Of a stretch of DNA of 64,000 bases, positions 36,151 through 47,100 are shown one piece after another. A program made the translations under genes and the position numbers. The notes under the pieces are model-generated. The model ran no database searches. It saw only the letters and a list, made by a program, of their open reading frames with translations, and was not told the origin of the DNA. Numbering within the stretch: position 1 is the stretch's first letter; each line of letters begins with the position of its first letter. Source of the DNA: Verrucomicrobiia bacterium (lineage in GTDB: Bacteria; Verrucomicrobiota; Verrucomicrobiia; Palsa-1439); NCBI GenBank assembly GCA_050015495.1, contig JBEKBH010000001.1, positions 171,717 to 235,716 on the forward strand. The letters run 5' to 3'.

Positions 36151-37763
36151 TGACCAACCGGATTTGACGCGCTGCCCGATTCCGATTTTCGCCGGAGCCC
36201 CCACCACTCCCCCACAACGGGTGTGATCGTGCCGCGTTTGCGAATATAGTTGATGACCGCCTCCCGAGTTTGGAAATCGTATTCCACCAGTTTCGACGCG
36301 GGTTGGTCCGCCAGTTCACGCAGCCGTTTCCACCGTTGCCCGCCGCCGGCCAGATCGTAACTATTGAATGCCACGGCCAACCGTTGCGCTTCATCCAATG
36401 CCGAACCATCCGCACGGAGCAGGCTCACGGTACGCCCGCCCATTTTCGCCGCGGGATCGAAACTCCATTTCAGTCCCCAGATTCCCCGAAAGGCAGAGTT
36501 GTTGAACATGTCACAATCCTCATCCAGCACGTCACGCAATTCCGCCGGCGTCAATTGGACGACCCCGATGGTGTTTTCATACGGCACAACGTTCCAAACA
36601 TCACCCACGGTGATGGCGCCCTTCCTCAGCCCGATACGGTTCTCGACGATCCCGTGTACGATCGCGTCCACCTTCACTCCCCGTTCGCGCAACGCGTCGT
36701 CAATCGCCTTGAAAATCAGGTCGTGAATCGGCGTCTCCTTGTGCGGCAGCGCCCGCACCCACAAATCATCGGTCGCCTCACCGACAACAGCGCCGGACAT
36801 TTTTTCGGCTCGGTCGATCTCCCCACCCGTGAGCTTCCGTAAGTCCGGATCAAACGCGATATGCTCATCCATCAACAGTGTGTTGGACCGCCGATGGACG
36901 ACCCGGCCCTTCTCCGTGTCAAACACCAGGTCCACGCGACCCAGGTAAATTCCGTAATAGTCCGCCTGGCTGTAGAGGATGCCGCTCACCTTGAATTCCG
37001 GGAAGTTGCGGTGCGTATGCGCGCCAATGATCACGTCCAACTCGGGGAAATCGCGGGCAATCGCGTTGATCTGATTGGCGTGGTCGTCTCCCGCTTCCCG
37101 GTATCCCTGATGGCACACCAGCACGAGGACCTGCGCACCGGCGGCGCGGACCTCGGGAACAACCCTCCGCAGTGTCTCCACGGAATCCACAAACTCCAGC
37201 CCCGGAATCAGCCGCGGACGACTCCAACTCGGGACACCGGGTGTGTCCAAACCGATAATCCCCACTTTGACGCCATCGATCTCCTTCACGATATACGGCT
37301 TCAACCGCGACAGGATCGCCCGGGAGAGAGGATTGCCGCCATCCCTGGCCTCGTGGATGTTGGCGACGACGATGGGTATCTCGGCGCGCTCGGCGCTGGC
37401 CGCCAGTTTTTCCAACCCCCAATCGAACTCGTGGTTGCCCCACGTCCACGAATCGTAGCGCAGTTGGTTGAGACACTTCACCATGACCTGACCGCCCGTG
37501 AGAAAACTGACCGGCGTGCCCTGCATCGTGTCGCCGGCATCGACCAACAACACGTTCTTCTCATGCTCGCGGATTTGGCGAATCACCGTGGCGCAACGCG
37601 CGATGCCGCCCACGTTGGTCTGGCCTTCATAGCTCTCCGTCGGCAGGATGTTTCCATGCAGGTCACAGGTGTGGAGGATGACAATCGGCACCTCACGCGC
37701 CAACACCGTGGCGTGCCACGCGACAGCGACAAGCGCGGCTCTGATAATGACCGACCGTAACAT
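36147..37763 (-). CDS. Bifunctional metallophosphatase/5'-nucleotidase (UshA family), secreted
   Basis: Signal peptide MLRSVIIRAALVAVAWHATVLA. Calcineurin-like motifs (ILHTCDLHG, LLVDAGDTMQG, GNHEFD). C-terminal 5'-nucleotidase substrate-binding region. Confidence 0.8.
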   Translation of the reverse strand: MLRSVIIRAALVAVAWHATVLAREVPIVILHTCDLHGNILPTESYEGQTNVGGIARCATVIRQIREHEKNVLLVDAGDTMQGTPVSFLTGGQVMVKCLNQLRYDSWTWGNHEFDWGLEKLAASAERAEIPIVVANIHEARDGGNPLSRAILSRLKPYIVKEIDGVKVGIIGLDTPGVPSWSRPRLIPGLEFVDSVETLRRVVPEVRAAGAQVLVLVCHQGYREAGDDHANQINAIARDFPELDVIIGAHTHRNFPEFKVSGILYSQADYYGIYLGRVDLVFDTEKGRVVHRRSNTLLMDEHIAFDPDLRKLTGGEIDRAEKMSGAVVGEATDDLWVRALPHKETPIHDLIFKAIDDALRERGVKVDAIVHGIVENRIGLRKGAITVGDVWNVVPYENTIGVVQLTPAELRDVLDEDCDMFNNSAFRGIWGLKWSFDPAAKMGGRTVSLLRADGSALDEAQRLAVAFNSYDLAGGGQRWKRLRELADQPASKLVEYDFQTREAVINYIRKRGTITPVVGEWWGLRRKSESGSASNPVGH

Positions 37764-37773
37764 GGTTTCGGGT

Positions 37774-37983
37774 TCAATCCTTTTGCCGACGCGGCGGGTT
37801 CGCCCAACCTTGCGCCATCAACCCCAGCAACTGCTGCAAGGCCGATTCATACGACACGCCTCTTCGCGCCGCGTCCATCCGCGCCCGCCGGTCGAGTTGC
37901 GCCGCCATCGCGACGCACTTCTCCGACGGGCAACCCAACCGCGCCAACGCGACCGCGATTTCCTGAACCGTCATGCGCCACAA
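37774..37983 (-). CDS. Small hypothetical protein (69 aa) immediately upstream of the 5'-nucleotidase gene
   Basis: ORF only. MTVQEIAVALARLGCPSEKCVAMAAQLDRRARMDAARRGVSYESALQQLL. No motif recognised. Could be non-coding. Confidence 0.25.
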   Translation of the reverse strand: MWRMTVQEIAVALARLGCPSEKCVAMAAQLDRRARMDAARRGVSYESALQQLLGLMAQGWANPPRRQKD

Positions 37984-37992
37984 TCCACTCCC

Positions 37993-38583
37993 CTACTTCT
38001 TCAGCGCCTCCGCTCGCGTCGTGATGGACACTTTCATCGACACCGGGTCATTCGGATTGTCGCGCCCGTCGCGCGGAACGTTCGCGATCTTGTCCGCCAC
38101 GTCCATCCCGGCAATCACGTTTCCAAACACCGTGTAGCCTCCGTTGAGAAAACCGTTGTCCTTGACGTTGATGAAAAACTGGCTGCCGCTCGATCGCTTG
38201 TCCGGGTTGACCTGGTCGCCGAGTCGCGCCGTGGCCACCGTGCCGCGCGCGTGATCGCGCTTGATCTCCGCCTCGACCGTATAGCCGGGCCCGCCCGTGC
38301 CATGCGTGCTGCGGTCCGCGCTCTTGCTGTTGGGATCTCCTCCCTGGATCATGAAACCGGGAATCACCCGATGGAACGTCGTGCCGTCATAGAAGCCCTG
38401 TTTCGCGAGCTTGATAAAGTTGGCCACGGTCTTCGGCGCATCGTTGTCGTAAAACTCAATCACAATTTTCCCAAACTTCGTCTCCACCACCGCGACCTGA
38501 TCTGTATCCGCTGCCATGACATTGGTTCCTTTCAAAAGAAGTCCGACTGCCACCATACCGACCAACCACATCATTCGCCGCAT
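37993..38583 (-). CDS. Peptidyl-prolyl cis-trans isomerase, cyclophilin type (periplasmic)
   Basis: Signal peptide MRRMMWLVGMVAVGLLLKGTNVMA. Cyclophilin core (GFYDGTTFHRVIPGFMIQGGDP ... SQFFINVKDNGFLNGGYTVFG). Confidence 0.85.
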   Translation of the reverse strand: MRRMMWLVGMVAVGLLLKGTNVMAADTDQVAVVETKFGKIVIEFYDNDAPKTVANFIKLAKQGFYDGTTFHRVIPGFMIQGGDPNSKSADRSTHGTGGPGYTVEAEIKRDHARGTVATARLGDQVNPDKRSSGSQFFINVKDNGFLNGGYTVFGNVIAGMDVADKIANVPRDGRDNPNDPVSMKVSITTRAEALKK

Positions 38584-39386
38584 ATTCGACAAACCTCCAT
38601 TGGTTGATTGTTCCATTTGAGGGCGACGCCCACCTTCGCAAACTCGCGCCGAACATATCCAAGCGCGAGTGATTTGCCAAGTCGCGAGGAGAACATGGCG
38701 CTCGTCACCTGCCCCACTTCGCGTCCGTCCGCAAGAATCTTGTCACCTCGCGCGGGCACGTCTTGCCCCGTCAATGCCATTTGCACCAACTGACGGTTCA
38801 CATGACCGTACGTCTTGATTCGGGCGATAGTTTCCTGGCCAATGTAACATCCCTTGTCGTAGTTGATGGCGCGCTTCTCCAAGCCTGCCTCGTTGGGAAT
38901 CGTGTTCTCATCCATATCCACGCCCCAACGCGGCACACCGGCCTCGATGCGTAGTGCTTCCAGCGCCCCGGCGTCAATTGTTCCCGTCATCCGTTCGGCG
39001 CTTACGACGCCGAGCCCAAGCGGGTGCTGGAATGTCACCGCGTCGGCCGGCAACTCCACCGGCGCGCTGCCAATTGCCAGCCACTCCCCCAGTGCTGCGC
39101 TGACATCCTCAATCATCACGTCTTCCGTGATGATAAACTTCTCCAGCGACGGCGCCAGTCCGGGGCTTGTTTCCAGTAGAAACGCGTCCGCTTGGCAAAT
39201 GACGTAGCCTTCCCCCCGCATTTTGCCTTTCGCGTTCAGAAACGCAGCGTAACAGATTTCTCCCACGTCCAACCCCTTGATGTCATTCGTGCACTGGCCA
39301 TGCAGGAATTCCAGGCGATCCGCGCCGGTGACGCGCAGTCGATTTCGCACCGCCGAAAGATCGGCAATCAATGGGCCATCGCTCAT
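38571..39386 (-). CDS. YgfZ/GcvT-like folate-binding protein (tRNA-modification / Fe-S-associated aminomethyltransferase homologue)
   Basis: MSDGPLIADLSAVRNRLRVTGADRLEFLHGQCTNDIKGL... and a C-terminal KGCYIGQETIARIKTYGHVNRQL (the conserved KGCYxGQE motif of the YgfZ/GcvT family). The track ORF to 40268 is an upstream read-through. Overlaps the cyclophilin start by 13 bp. Confidence 0.7.
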   Translation of the reverse strand: MSDGPLIADLSAVRNRLRVTGADRLEFLHGQCTNDIKGLDVGEICYAAFLNAKGKMRGEGYVICQADAFLLETSPGLAPSLEKFIITEDVMIEDVSAALGEWLAIGSAPVELPADAVTFQHPLGLGVVSAERMTGTIDAGALEALRIEAGVPRWGVDMDENTIPNEAGLEKRAINYDKGCYIGQETIARIKTYGHVNRQLVQMALTGQDVPARGDKILADGREVGQVTSAMFSSRLGKSLALGYVRREFAKVGVALKWNNQPMEVCRICGE

Positions 39387-39524
39387 CAACCAAATACTGG
39401 ACTCGCTCTCTTTATCCGGCAAATCAATCTTTTCCCGAGCTTCGGTTGGCGCTTGTCGACGCGTCCGCGATTGTGTTAAGAGCATCCCGATGAGGCGGCA
39501 ACAAACTCGGGCGGAGGCGGGCCG

Positions 39525-39767
39525 ATGAGAATGCGGCAATCGCGAATCGTCGAATACAGGATCGTCATGGCGTCGAGCCCGGAAGGCTTGGCGGCCGAAG
39601 TGAACAAGCTGATCCTGGACCAGTGGCAACCGTTCGGCGGACTGGTGGTGACTCGGGAAGCTCTCTCGGGACTGATGCAATCGTTCATGCAGCCGATGGT
39701 CCGGGAACCGAAGAAGCGAGCCGGAAACCTCAAGGCCCAGGCGAGCGTCCCGCCAAATCTGGTTTGA
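39525..39767 (+). CDS. Small DUF4177-like protein
   Basis: VEYRIVMASSPEGLAAEVNKLILDQWQPFGGLVV resembles the DUF4177 pattern (EYKvv...s...LE..LN.lg.eGWELV). Weak. Confidence 0.35.
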   Translation: MRMRQSRIVEYRIVMASSPEGLAAEVNKLILDQWQPFGGLVVTREALSGLMQSFMQPMVREPKKRAGNLKAQASVPPNLV

Positions 39768-39836
39768 GACCCGCGACGGCCACGCCACGCAGCCAAATCG
39801 CTTGCCCACGCCCGCCGGACCCGTTAGTTTCGATTT

Positions 39837-40340
39837 GTGATTCAGCCCGGACGACCCGAGGAAACGCCCAAGGCCATTGATCTGACCAGCGACGACTATT
39901 TCATGGGCGAAGCGTTGCGGCTTGCGCGCATGGCCTATGAAACCAACGAAGTGCCCGTCGGCGCCGTCATCGTCCGCAACGCAACCATCATCGCCCGCGC
40001 CCACAATCAGGTGGAACTGCTCAAGGACGCCACCGCCCACGCCGAAATTCTCGCGATCACGCAGGCTGCCAACGCTCTTGGTGACTGGCGACTCGAAGGC
40101 TGCACGCTGTTTGTCACCAAAGAGCCCTGTCCGATGTGCGCGGGCGCCATCATGCTCGCACGCTTGAAGCGGCTGGTGTTCGGCGTTCGCGACGAGCGCG
40201 CCGGCGGCGCCGGCTCGGTGTTTCCCATCACCTCGGCCACCGGATTGAACCATGTCCTCGACGTCCAATCCGGCGTCAAGGAAACGGAAGCCCGGGCTTT
40301 ATTGCAAAGTTTCTTCCGCGCCCGGCGCGCGGATGCGTGA
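39837..40340 (+). CDS. tadA: tRNA-specific adenosine deaminase TadA
   Basis: FMGEALRLARMAYETNEVPVGAVIV...HAEILAITQAANALGDWRLEGCTLFVTKEPCPMCAGAIMLARLKRLVFG is the CDA fold with HAE...PCxxC zinc motifs. Confidence 0.85.
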   Translation: MIQPGRPEETPKAIDLTSDDYFMGEALRLARMAYETNEVPVGAVIVRNATIIARAHNQVELLKDATAHAEILAITQAANALGDWRLEGCTLFVTKEPCPMCAGAIMLARLKRLVFGVRDERAGGAGSVFPITSATGLNHVLDVQSGVKETEARALLQSFFRARRADA

Positions 40341-40361
40341 TTCACTCGCGCCGCCCGCCAA

Positions 40362-42272
40362 TCACGCGCGTGTATTCGCGGCGTCCAAGGCGCGCTGCGC
40401 TTCCGTCGAACCCGGCTCCAGCTCCAGCGTGCGCTGCAACTCCCGGATGCCCTCCGCCCGTCGCCCGGTTTGCAACAACGCCATCCCCAGCCCGTAATGC
40501 GCCGCCGCGTAGTCGGGGTTCAACCGCACCGCCGTTTGATAATGTGGAATCGCGCGCGCGAAGTCATCCTGTTTGGCAAGGGCAAATCCCCAGTCGTACT
40601 CCGCGTTGGCCGAGTCGGGTTGGTATCGGACAACCTCGGCAAATTGTTGGCACGCTTCAACGATTCGCCCCTGTTTGGCCAGCGTGATCCCGAGGTTGTA
40701 ATGGGCATCGACTTCGTCCGCCTTCATCTCGACCACGATCCGGTATTGGTGGATCGCCTCATTCGTGCGACCCAACCGGCCTAGCGCCTTCGCCAAATTG
40801 GCCCGCGCGCGCACGTACCCGGGTTCAATCCGCAACGCCTCTCCGTATTCAGCCACGGCCTTCGCCGGTTGCGACTCCTGCATCAAAAGATTCCCCAGGT
40901 TGTTATGCGACTCGTACGAATCAGGACTCAACCGCAATGCTTCCCGGTATTCCGCCCGCGCCCCCGCCACATCGCTGCGGTGCGCCAACAAAATCCCCAG
41001 ATTATTATGCGCCATCCAACACCCCGGATTCTTCGCCAACGTATCCCGCCACAGCGTCTCGGCGCTCGCATACGCGTGCCCCTGCTGCCCCGTCAATCCC
41101 GCCAACAACGCCACCACCGCCGCACCCACCGCCGTTCTCAGCACCCGCTCCCGAATCACCCTCGCCCCGCCCGCCACCGCCGCCACGATCAACCCAATGC
41201 TCGCCATATACTGAAAGTGATCCGCCACAAACGAGTACCGCATCGGGTACACATTAACGAACCCCAATGCCGGCCCCAACGTGATCACAAAAAATGCCAC
41301 CGCCACGAGCGGCCCCCGTCCCATCCGCCCCTGCCCCAGCCACAACGCCGCCACGACCGCCGCCGCCGCCAGCGGAAACGCCCACTGCCACCACTGCCCC
41401 ACATCGATGCTCCACCGTGGATAGACAAACGCCAAATTCTCCGGCCACGCCAGCTTCGCCGCGTAAAACCACACCGCCCGCCCCGCGATCAGCGCCCGGT
41501 CCACCATCGTAAACGACCACCCCGTTCCCCGCGCGCCCGTGCAGTAGGCTTCCACCCACACCGTCGTCAACCCCAACACCGCCCCCATCGCGACAAACGG
41601 CGCCATCAACCACACATCCCGCCGCCCGATCCCGCCGCGTTTCCACCACGTCAACAACAAGATCGCCACCGGCCACGTGCACGCCACCGTCTTGCTTAGC
41701 ATCGCCCCTACAAAAAACGCAAATGCCAAGAAATAATATCCCCACCGTCCCTTCTCCGCCGTCCGTACCGCGTCCAACGGACAAAACCGCATGTACGCGA
41801 GCGCCGCCGCCAGATAGAACGCGCCCGACAACAGGTTCTTCTGCTCGGAAATCCACGCGACCGACTCGACCTGCACGGGATGAATCGCGAACACCGCCGC
41901 CGCCAGCCACGCACCGCCAATCTCCAGCCGCTCCAGCACCCGCCACAACAGAATCGCGTTGCCCGCCTGCAACAACACGTTCACCAGATGATACCCAAAC
42001 GGATTCAACTGCCAGAGGTGGTACTGCACCCAAAAACTCGTGTGCACCAGCGGATAGTATTGCATCACCGCGCCGGGCTTCGTCCAGATCGTCGCCAGCC
42101 CGTGCAGCGTCCGCAACGCCGCGCTGTCCGTCACGTGCGAGTCATCGTCCCAGATGAACCCGCCGTGCAGCGCCGGCACATACGCCAGCAGCGTGATCAG
42201 CACGATCACACCGCCTGCCCCGATCCTACCGGGGCCAGCCGCCAATCGTTGTTCTCTCCACGTCTGGTTCAT
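40362..42272 (-). CDS. TMTC-like membrane protein: N-terminal GT-C-type (PMT_2/DUF1736-like) polytopic domain + C-terminal TPR repeats (putative protein O-mannosyltransferase)
   Basis: Starts MNQTWREQRL. Has the FIWDDDSHV acidic loop motif after TM1, ~10 TM helices, then 8 or more TPR units (AHNNLGILLA..., SHNNLGNLLM..., AHYNLGITLA..., AHYGLGMALL...). The track ORF extends to 42392. Confidence 0.75.
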   Translation of the reverse strand: MNQTWREQRLAAGPGRIGAGGVIVLITLLAYVPALHGGFIWDDDSHVTDSAALRTLHGLATIWTKPGAVMQYYPLVHTSFWVQYHLWQLNPFGYHLVNVLLQAGNAILLWRVLERLEIGGAWLAAAVFAIHPVQVESVAWISEQKNLLSGAFYLAAALAYMRFCPLDAVRTAEKGRWGYYFLAFAFFVGAMLSKTVACTWPVAILLLTWWKRGGIGRRDVWLMAPFVAMGAVLGLTTVWVEAYCTGARGTGWSFTMVDRALIAGRAVWFYAAKLAWPENLAFVYPRWSIDVGQWWQWAFPLAAAAVVAALWLGQGRMGRGPLVAVAFFVITLGPALGFVNVYPMRYSFVADHFQYMASIGLIVAAVAGGARVIRERVLRTAVGAAVVALLAGLTGQQGHAYASAETLWRDTLAKNPGCWMAHNNLGILLAHRSDVAGARAEYREALRLSPDSYESHNNLGNLLMQESQPAKAVAEYGEALRIEPGYVRARANLAKALGRLGRTNEAIHQYRIVVEMKADEVDAHYNLGITLAKQGRIVEACQQFAEVVRYQPDSANAEYDWGFALAKQDDFARAIPHYQTAVRLNPDYAAAHYGLGMALLQTGRRAEGIRELQRTLELEPGSTEAQRALDAANTRA

Positions 42273-43257
42273 TGAATATCGGGTGCGCGAACACGCCCGG
42301 TCCGGGCAAATTCCTTGTCCCCCAACCCTCACCGCAGCAAATGCCTTGCCAGTAAGACCTTCCCAAGCCAAACCCATTCTAGCGCTCTTCACTCCTCGCT
42401 ATTCCCTTCTCTGGCCCTTCCGGCCCCCAGACGGCGACGCGAACAGGCGTGAACGAAGCCAAACGAACCCACCGGAAAAACGTCATTTCCATTTTCTCAA
42501 CAACCTCTCCCACAACCTCCTCCACACGCATTTTCGACTCCAACCCGTTGGGTTCGTTTCGCAAAAAGTGCCTTTTTTATGAATCCCATTTCCCTTGTAG
42601 CCGCGCTCGGTGAGAGCGGGCCGTCCGCCTGCCCCGACAACCGATGCCGGGGTCGAACGGTCGCCATGCTTCGTGCCCTTCGTGCCTTCGTGGTGAACAT
42701 CTATGCCCTATGTCAAACAACCCAAACCGCCCCGACTATACGCTATCGTATACCCCTTGTCCACATAATAATTCCGCCGACAGCTCGAAAAAAGCCCCGC
42801 GCCTTCGCCCGACGGTCGTCATGTCGCAACTCTTTCGCGGCCACAACACACCACGGTCTAGGATTTGCGGCTCCCCTCCAAGGAGGGGATAAAGGGGTGG
42901 GTGCCCCCTCGTGCTCCGCGCCGCCGTCCGCCTTTGGAGTGCGGCGACCCGCCGCCGCCTTGCAGTTCGTCGTCCTGAGCTCATCGAAGCGTCTCGGTAC
43001 CCCGACGTGTCATTGCCCCTGCGGCGGGAGGTCTCCGCCTTCCACCTCCTCTTTCTCGCCTCCCGTTTTTCGCCTCCCGACCCCGTCCGTCCCCCCATGA
43101 TACCTATGTATCTGACTTTCCGTCGCGCTCCCTCTTCCGTGATCTCTTCATCCTTGTCGTTCCGCCCTTATTCGCGGTTCCTTGCCCCTGCGTTGGACCG
43201 TCTTTCGTGACTCCTCTGTTTTCCATCCCGACCTCTTCGCCTTGTTCTTCAGTGACT

Positions 43258-43370
43258 GGCATGATACCTATGTTACATATGTATCAGCGTTCCATCACGC
43301 CCGACCTTCCGCCATCTCCTCACCCTTGCCTTGCCCGGCGTGGCATGATACATATGTAACATATGTATGA
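43258..43370. promoter_or_regulatory. Two near-identical 28-bp operator-like elements (TGGCATGATAC-C/A-TATGT-T/A-ACATATGTAT), each containing a 10-1-10 inverted repeat ATACATATGT-n-ACATATGTAT. Candidate PadR operators
   Basis: Copies at 43258-43285 and 43341-43368. A third half-copy CATGATACCTATGTAT lies at 43097-43112. Located 100-215 bp upstream of the padR start. PadR-family repressors bind ATGT/ACAT-containing palindromes. Confidence 0.45.
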
Positions 43371-43473
43371 ACCCCACGTGCGCAGACCAACGACCCGGTC
43401 GACAGATTCTTCCGTGCGCCTCTGGCCGACACATCCGTTCCGCCGCCGCAGGAAGTCGGTCCGTGGCGATTTG

Positions 43474-43797
43474 ATGGCCCAGATCCGGAAAGGCACGACC
43501 GCATGGATTGTCCTGGCCACGCTGGAAAAGCGCGGCCAACTTTATGGATACGGGTTGCGTCGCGAGGTGTCGGCGAATTCCAAGGGATTATTCGCGATCA
43601 AAGAAGGGCCGCTCTACCCGTTGTTGAAAAAAATGGAACACGAACACTGGCTCGCGTCGCGCCGGGTGGAAGTCGCCGGCCGCGAGAGACGATATTATCG
43701 CATTCGCGCCTCCGGCCGTCGGGCTCTCGCCCAATACCGCCGCGAGTGGCGCCTGCTCTCGTCCGTCCTCGACGCTCTCGGCTGCCTTCACGCGTGA
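43474..43797 (+). CDS. PadR family transcriptional regulator
   Basis: MAQIRKGTTAWIVLATLEKRGQLYGYGLRREVSANSKGLFAIKEGPLYPLLKKMEHEHWLASRRVEVAGRERRYYRIRASGRRAL is the canonical PadR wHTH (GYxL...GxLYPxLxxLEx.GW). The track ORF 43363.. has a spurious upstream extension through the operators. Confidence 0.85.
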   Translation: MAQIRKGTTAWIVLATLEKRGQLYGYGLRREVSANSKGLFAIKEGPLYPLLKKMEHEHWLASRRVEVAGRERRYYRIRASGRRALAQYRREWRLLSSVLDALGCLHA

Positions 43798-44141
43798 GGT
43801 CTGCGGCACTGGTGAAAGAAGGAATTGCAGTGAGGTTCAACCACTGATCCATCTCCCACCCACTCTCCCCACGCGCCTTCGCCTGACGGTCGAAGAACGA
43901 CCCTGAGCCCGCTTGCGGTGAGCTCGCCGAACCCGTCGGAGGGCCTGCCCTGACCGCCCTGAGCAACGTCGAAGGGAGCCTCGTCGAAGCGGTCGCATTC
44001 GCGGCCGCTCCACCCCAACCGTAGTTGTGCATGCAATCGGAGTTTATGAACGATAATGCCTGTTAGCCAGGGTCTTGCCGTCTCTCTCTTGCCGTCTCTT
44101 GCCTTGACTGCAAGCCAGAAACTTGCTAGCCTCCACCCCGG

Positions 44142-47100
44142 TTGGTGACCGCAAGACCGCCAGTCAGCCGGGTCGCGCGAGGACGAAAGATTAACCGACG
44201 GGAGAAGCGCATTCGATGCCGGTCGGCCTGCAGCCTGTTTCTATGGCTCGCGCTGGCCAGGCTGGCCTGTGCCGATCCGGTCCTGCCGACCATCCCCCCG
44301 GGAAACTTTAACGTCGTAGACTACGGCGCGTCCGGCGACGGCGTATCGGACAACACCACCGCGATCCAGGACGCCCTCGATGACGCCGGCGGGTCCGGCG
44401 GCGGCACGGTCGAAATACCAGCGGGCACGTACCTGTGCGGCCCGCTCACGCTGGCCAACAACATCAACCTCCAGATCGACAGCGGCGCGACGCTGCAGGA
44501 GCTTCCGCTCGCCGCCTTCATAAACTATCCGCCCCAGGACCAAACGTACGGCAATCTGATTTACGCCAAGAACGTCACCGACATCGAAATCAGCGGGTCG
44601 GGCACGATTGACGGTCAGGGCCCGGGTTGGTGGACCGCGCCGAGTTCCGTGTTCAGCAACCGACCCTACATGGTCTTTTTCAACGGCGGCTGCCAGCGGG
44701 TGTGGATTCACGGCGTCACCCTGCAGAACCCGCCGAAGATGCACGTCGTGTTCAAGGGCGTGGATAGCGACATCACGGTCGATGGCATTACCATCAACAC
44801 GCCGCCGTCACCCAATACGGACGGGATTGACCTCGTCGGAACAAGCTGTCTCGTCCGGAACTCCACGATCAATGCCGGCGATGACAACATCGCCATCGGC
44901 AGTAGCAGCAGTTCGGCCGTTTCCACCGACATCCTGATTACCAACTGCACCTTTGGCATCGGACACGGCGTGTCGATTGGCAGCAATACCAGGGGCGGTG
45001 TGTCGAACATGACGGTCACCAGTTGCTCGTTCAACGGCACCGACTACGGCATTCGCATGAAGTCGGATAACGCCCCGACCGGCGGTAACGGCAACGGGGG
45101 CGTGGCGCAGAACCTCACGTACTCGAACATCACGATGACCAACATCGTGTATGGCGCGATTGTCCTCTACAGCTACTACAACGAGTATGGAACGCCCATC
45201 GGTATCGATCCGTCAACGGCTGCCGCCCAGCCAGTTGGCCCGTACCCATTTCCCGTCTGGAGCAACATCGCGATCAGCAACGTCAGCGCCGTGGTCACCG
45301 GTCAGTTCGCCGGCATCATTTGGGGACGCATCGAGGTGCCCTTCACCAATGTCGTCTTCCAGAATGTCAACATCACCGCCCCCTCGACCTTCGACATCTA
45401 TAACGCCCAGGGCGTCCAGTTCATCGATTCACAAATCACCGCGCCCGCCGCCAACACGTTCAATCTGTACAACGCCCAGGTCACCGTCACGAACAGCGCC
45501 CCCAATACGAATCTGGTGACCCTCGGCGGATTGGCCATACCGCCGGCCAACAACGTGCTCGCCTTCTTCAACACCGCCGCGGCCGTCACCGACACCAACC
45601 TGCTCGGCACCGGCTCCATCACGCTCGGCGATAGCGCGCTCACATTCACGCAGGACTCGGTGAGTTTCTCCGATAATCTTGCCATCGCCGTCGCGAGCAC
45701 GCTGGGCTTCACCAGCGGCACCAACACCTTTAGTGGCGTGCTCAGCGGCTCCGATTTGCTGACGCTCGCGCTGCCGGCGAACAGTCTCCTGACACTGGCA
45801 AACGATTCGTCGGGCTTCAGCGGGGGCGTGACGGTGACCAACGGGACGCTGTTGGTCAGCAACCCCACCGGCAGCGGGACCGGCAGCGGCGCGGTCAGCA
45901 TCCACGGCGCCGCAACGCTCGGCGGCAACGGCTTCATCGGCGGACCGGTAACGGTGGATGGCACGTTCGCGCCGGGCCGGGCCTTGGACAACAGCACCGG
46001 CACACTGACGATCGATAACGACCTGGCCCTGGACGCCGGCGCGACCTTCAATTATGCCCTGGGCATCAACAGCGATCTGGCGGTGGTCACCGGCGATCTG
46101 ACCCTTGGCGGCACGCTCAACGTTACCGACGCCGGCGGTTTCACCAGCGCGACCTACACGTTGTTCACCTACGGCGGCGCGCTCATCGACAACGGTGTCA
46201 CCGTTAGCGCCGCGCCGGCGGGCTACAGCTACGTGATCGACACCAACACGCCGGGACTGGTGAACCTGATCGTCACATCGCTCCTGCCATCGCCTCCCTC
46301 CGGTCTGACCGCCACGACCGTCGCCACCAATCAAATCAATCTGTCGTGGACGGACAACGCCAACGGTGAAGATGGCTTTCTGATCGAACGCGCGCCGGAC
46401 AATGGCGGTAACCCAGGAACATGGGCGCAAATTGCCTCGGTGGGCACGAACGTCACCACGTACAGCGATGTCGGATTGAGCCCTCTCACAACCTACTGGT
46501 ACCGCGTTCGAGCGTACAACGTTTGGGGTGATTCGAATTACAGCAATCAGGCCGGCGCCACCACCCTGCCGCTGCCTCCACAGGCGCCGTCGAATCTGAC
46601 GGCGACGACGGTCTCCACCAATCAAATCAACTTGTCGTGGACGGACACCGCCAACGATGAAAATGGCTTTCTGATCGAGCGGGCGCCGGACAATGGCGGC
46701 GTGCCCGGCGCATGGGCGCAAATCGCCTCGGTGGGCACGAACGTCACCACGTACAACGACATCGGACTGGCATCGAACACGACGTATTGGTACCGGGTGC
46801 GGGCGTACAACGCCGGCGGCGATTCGGACTACAGCAATCAGGCCAGCGCCACCACCCTGCTTCTCATGGCCCCCTCCGGTCTGACGGCGACGGCAATATC
46901 GACCAATCAAATCAATCTGTCGTGGACGGACAACTCCAGCAACGAAGACGGGTTCGAGATCGACCGGGCGCCGGACAACGGCGGTAGCCCGGGAACATGG
47001 GCGCAAGTGGCGACAGTGGGCACGGATGTCACCACGTACAGCGATACCGGACTCTCGCCCAACACGACGTACTGGTACCGGGTGCGGGCGTACAACGCCG

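Noticed and set aside
36861-37760. 299-aa + strand ORF
   Set aside because: Antisense to the 5'-nucleotidase gene.
45429-47006. 525-aa minus-strand ORF inside the giant gene, and other internal ORFs (48000-48620, 47272-47721)
   Set aside because: Antisense to the Fn3/RCC1 coding repeats. Arg-rich. Their repetitiveness mirrors the sense-strand repeats.
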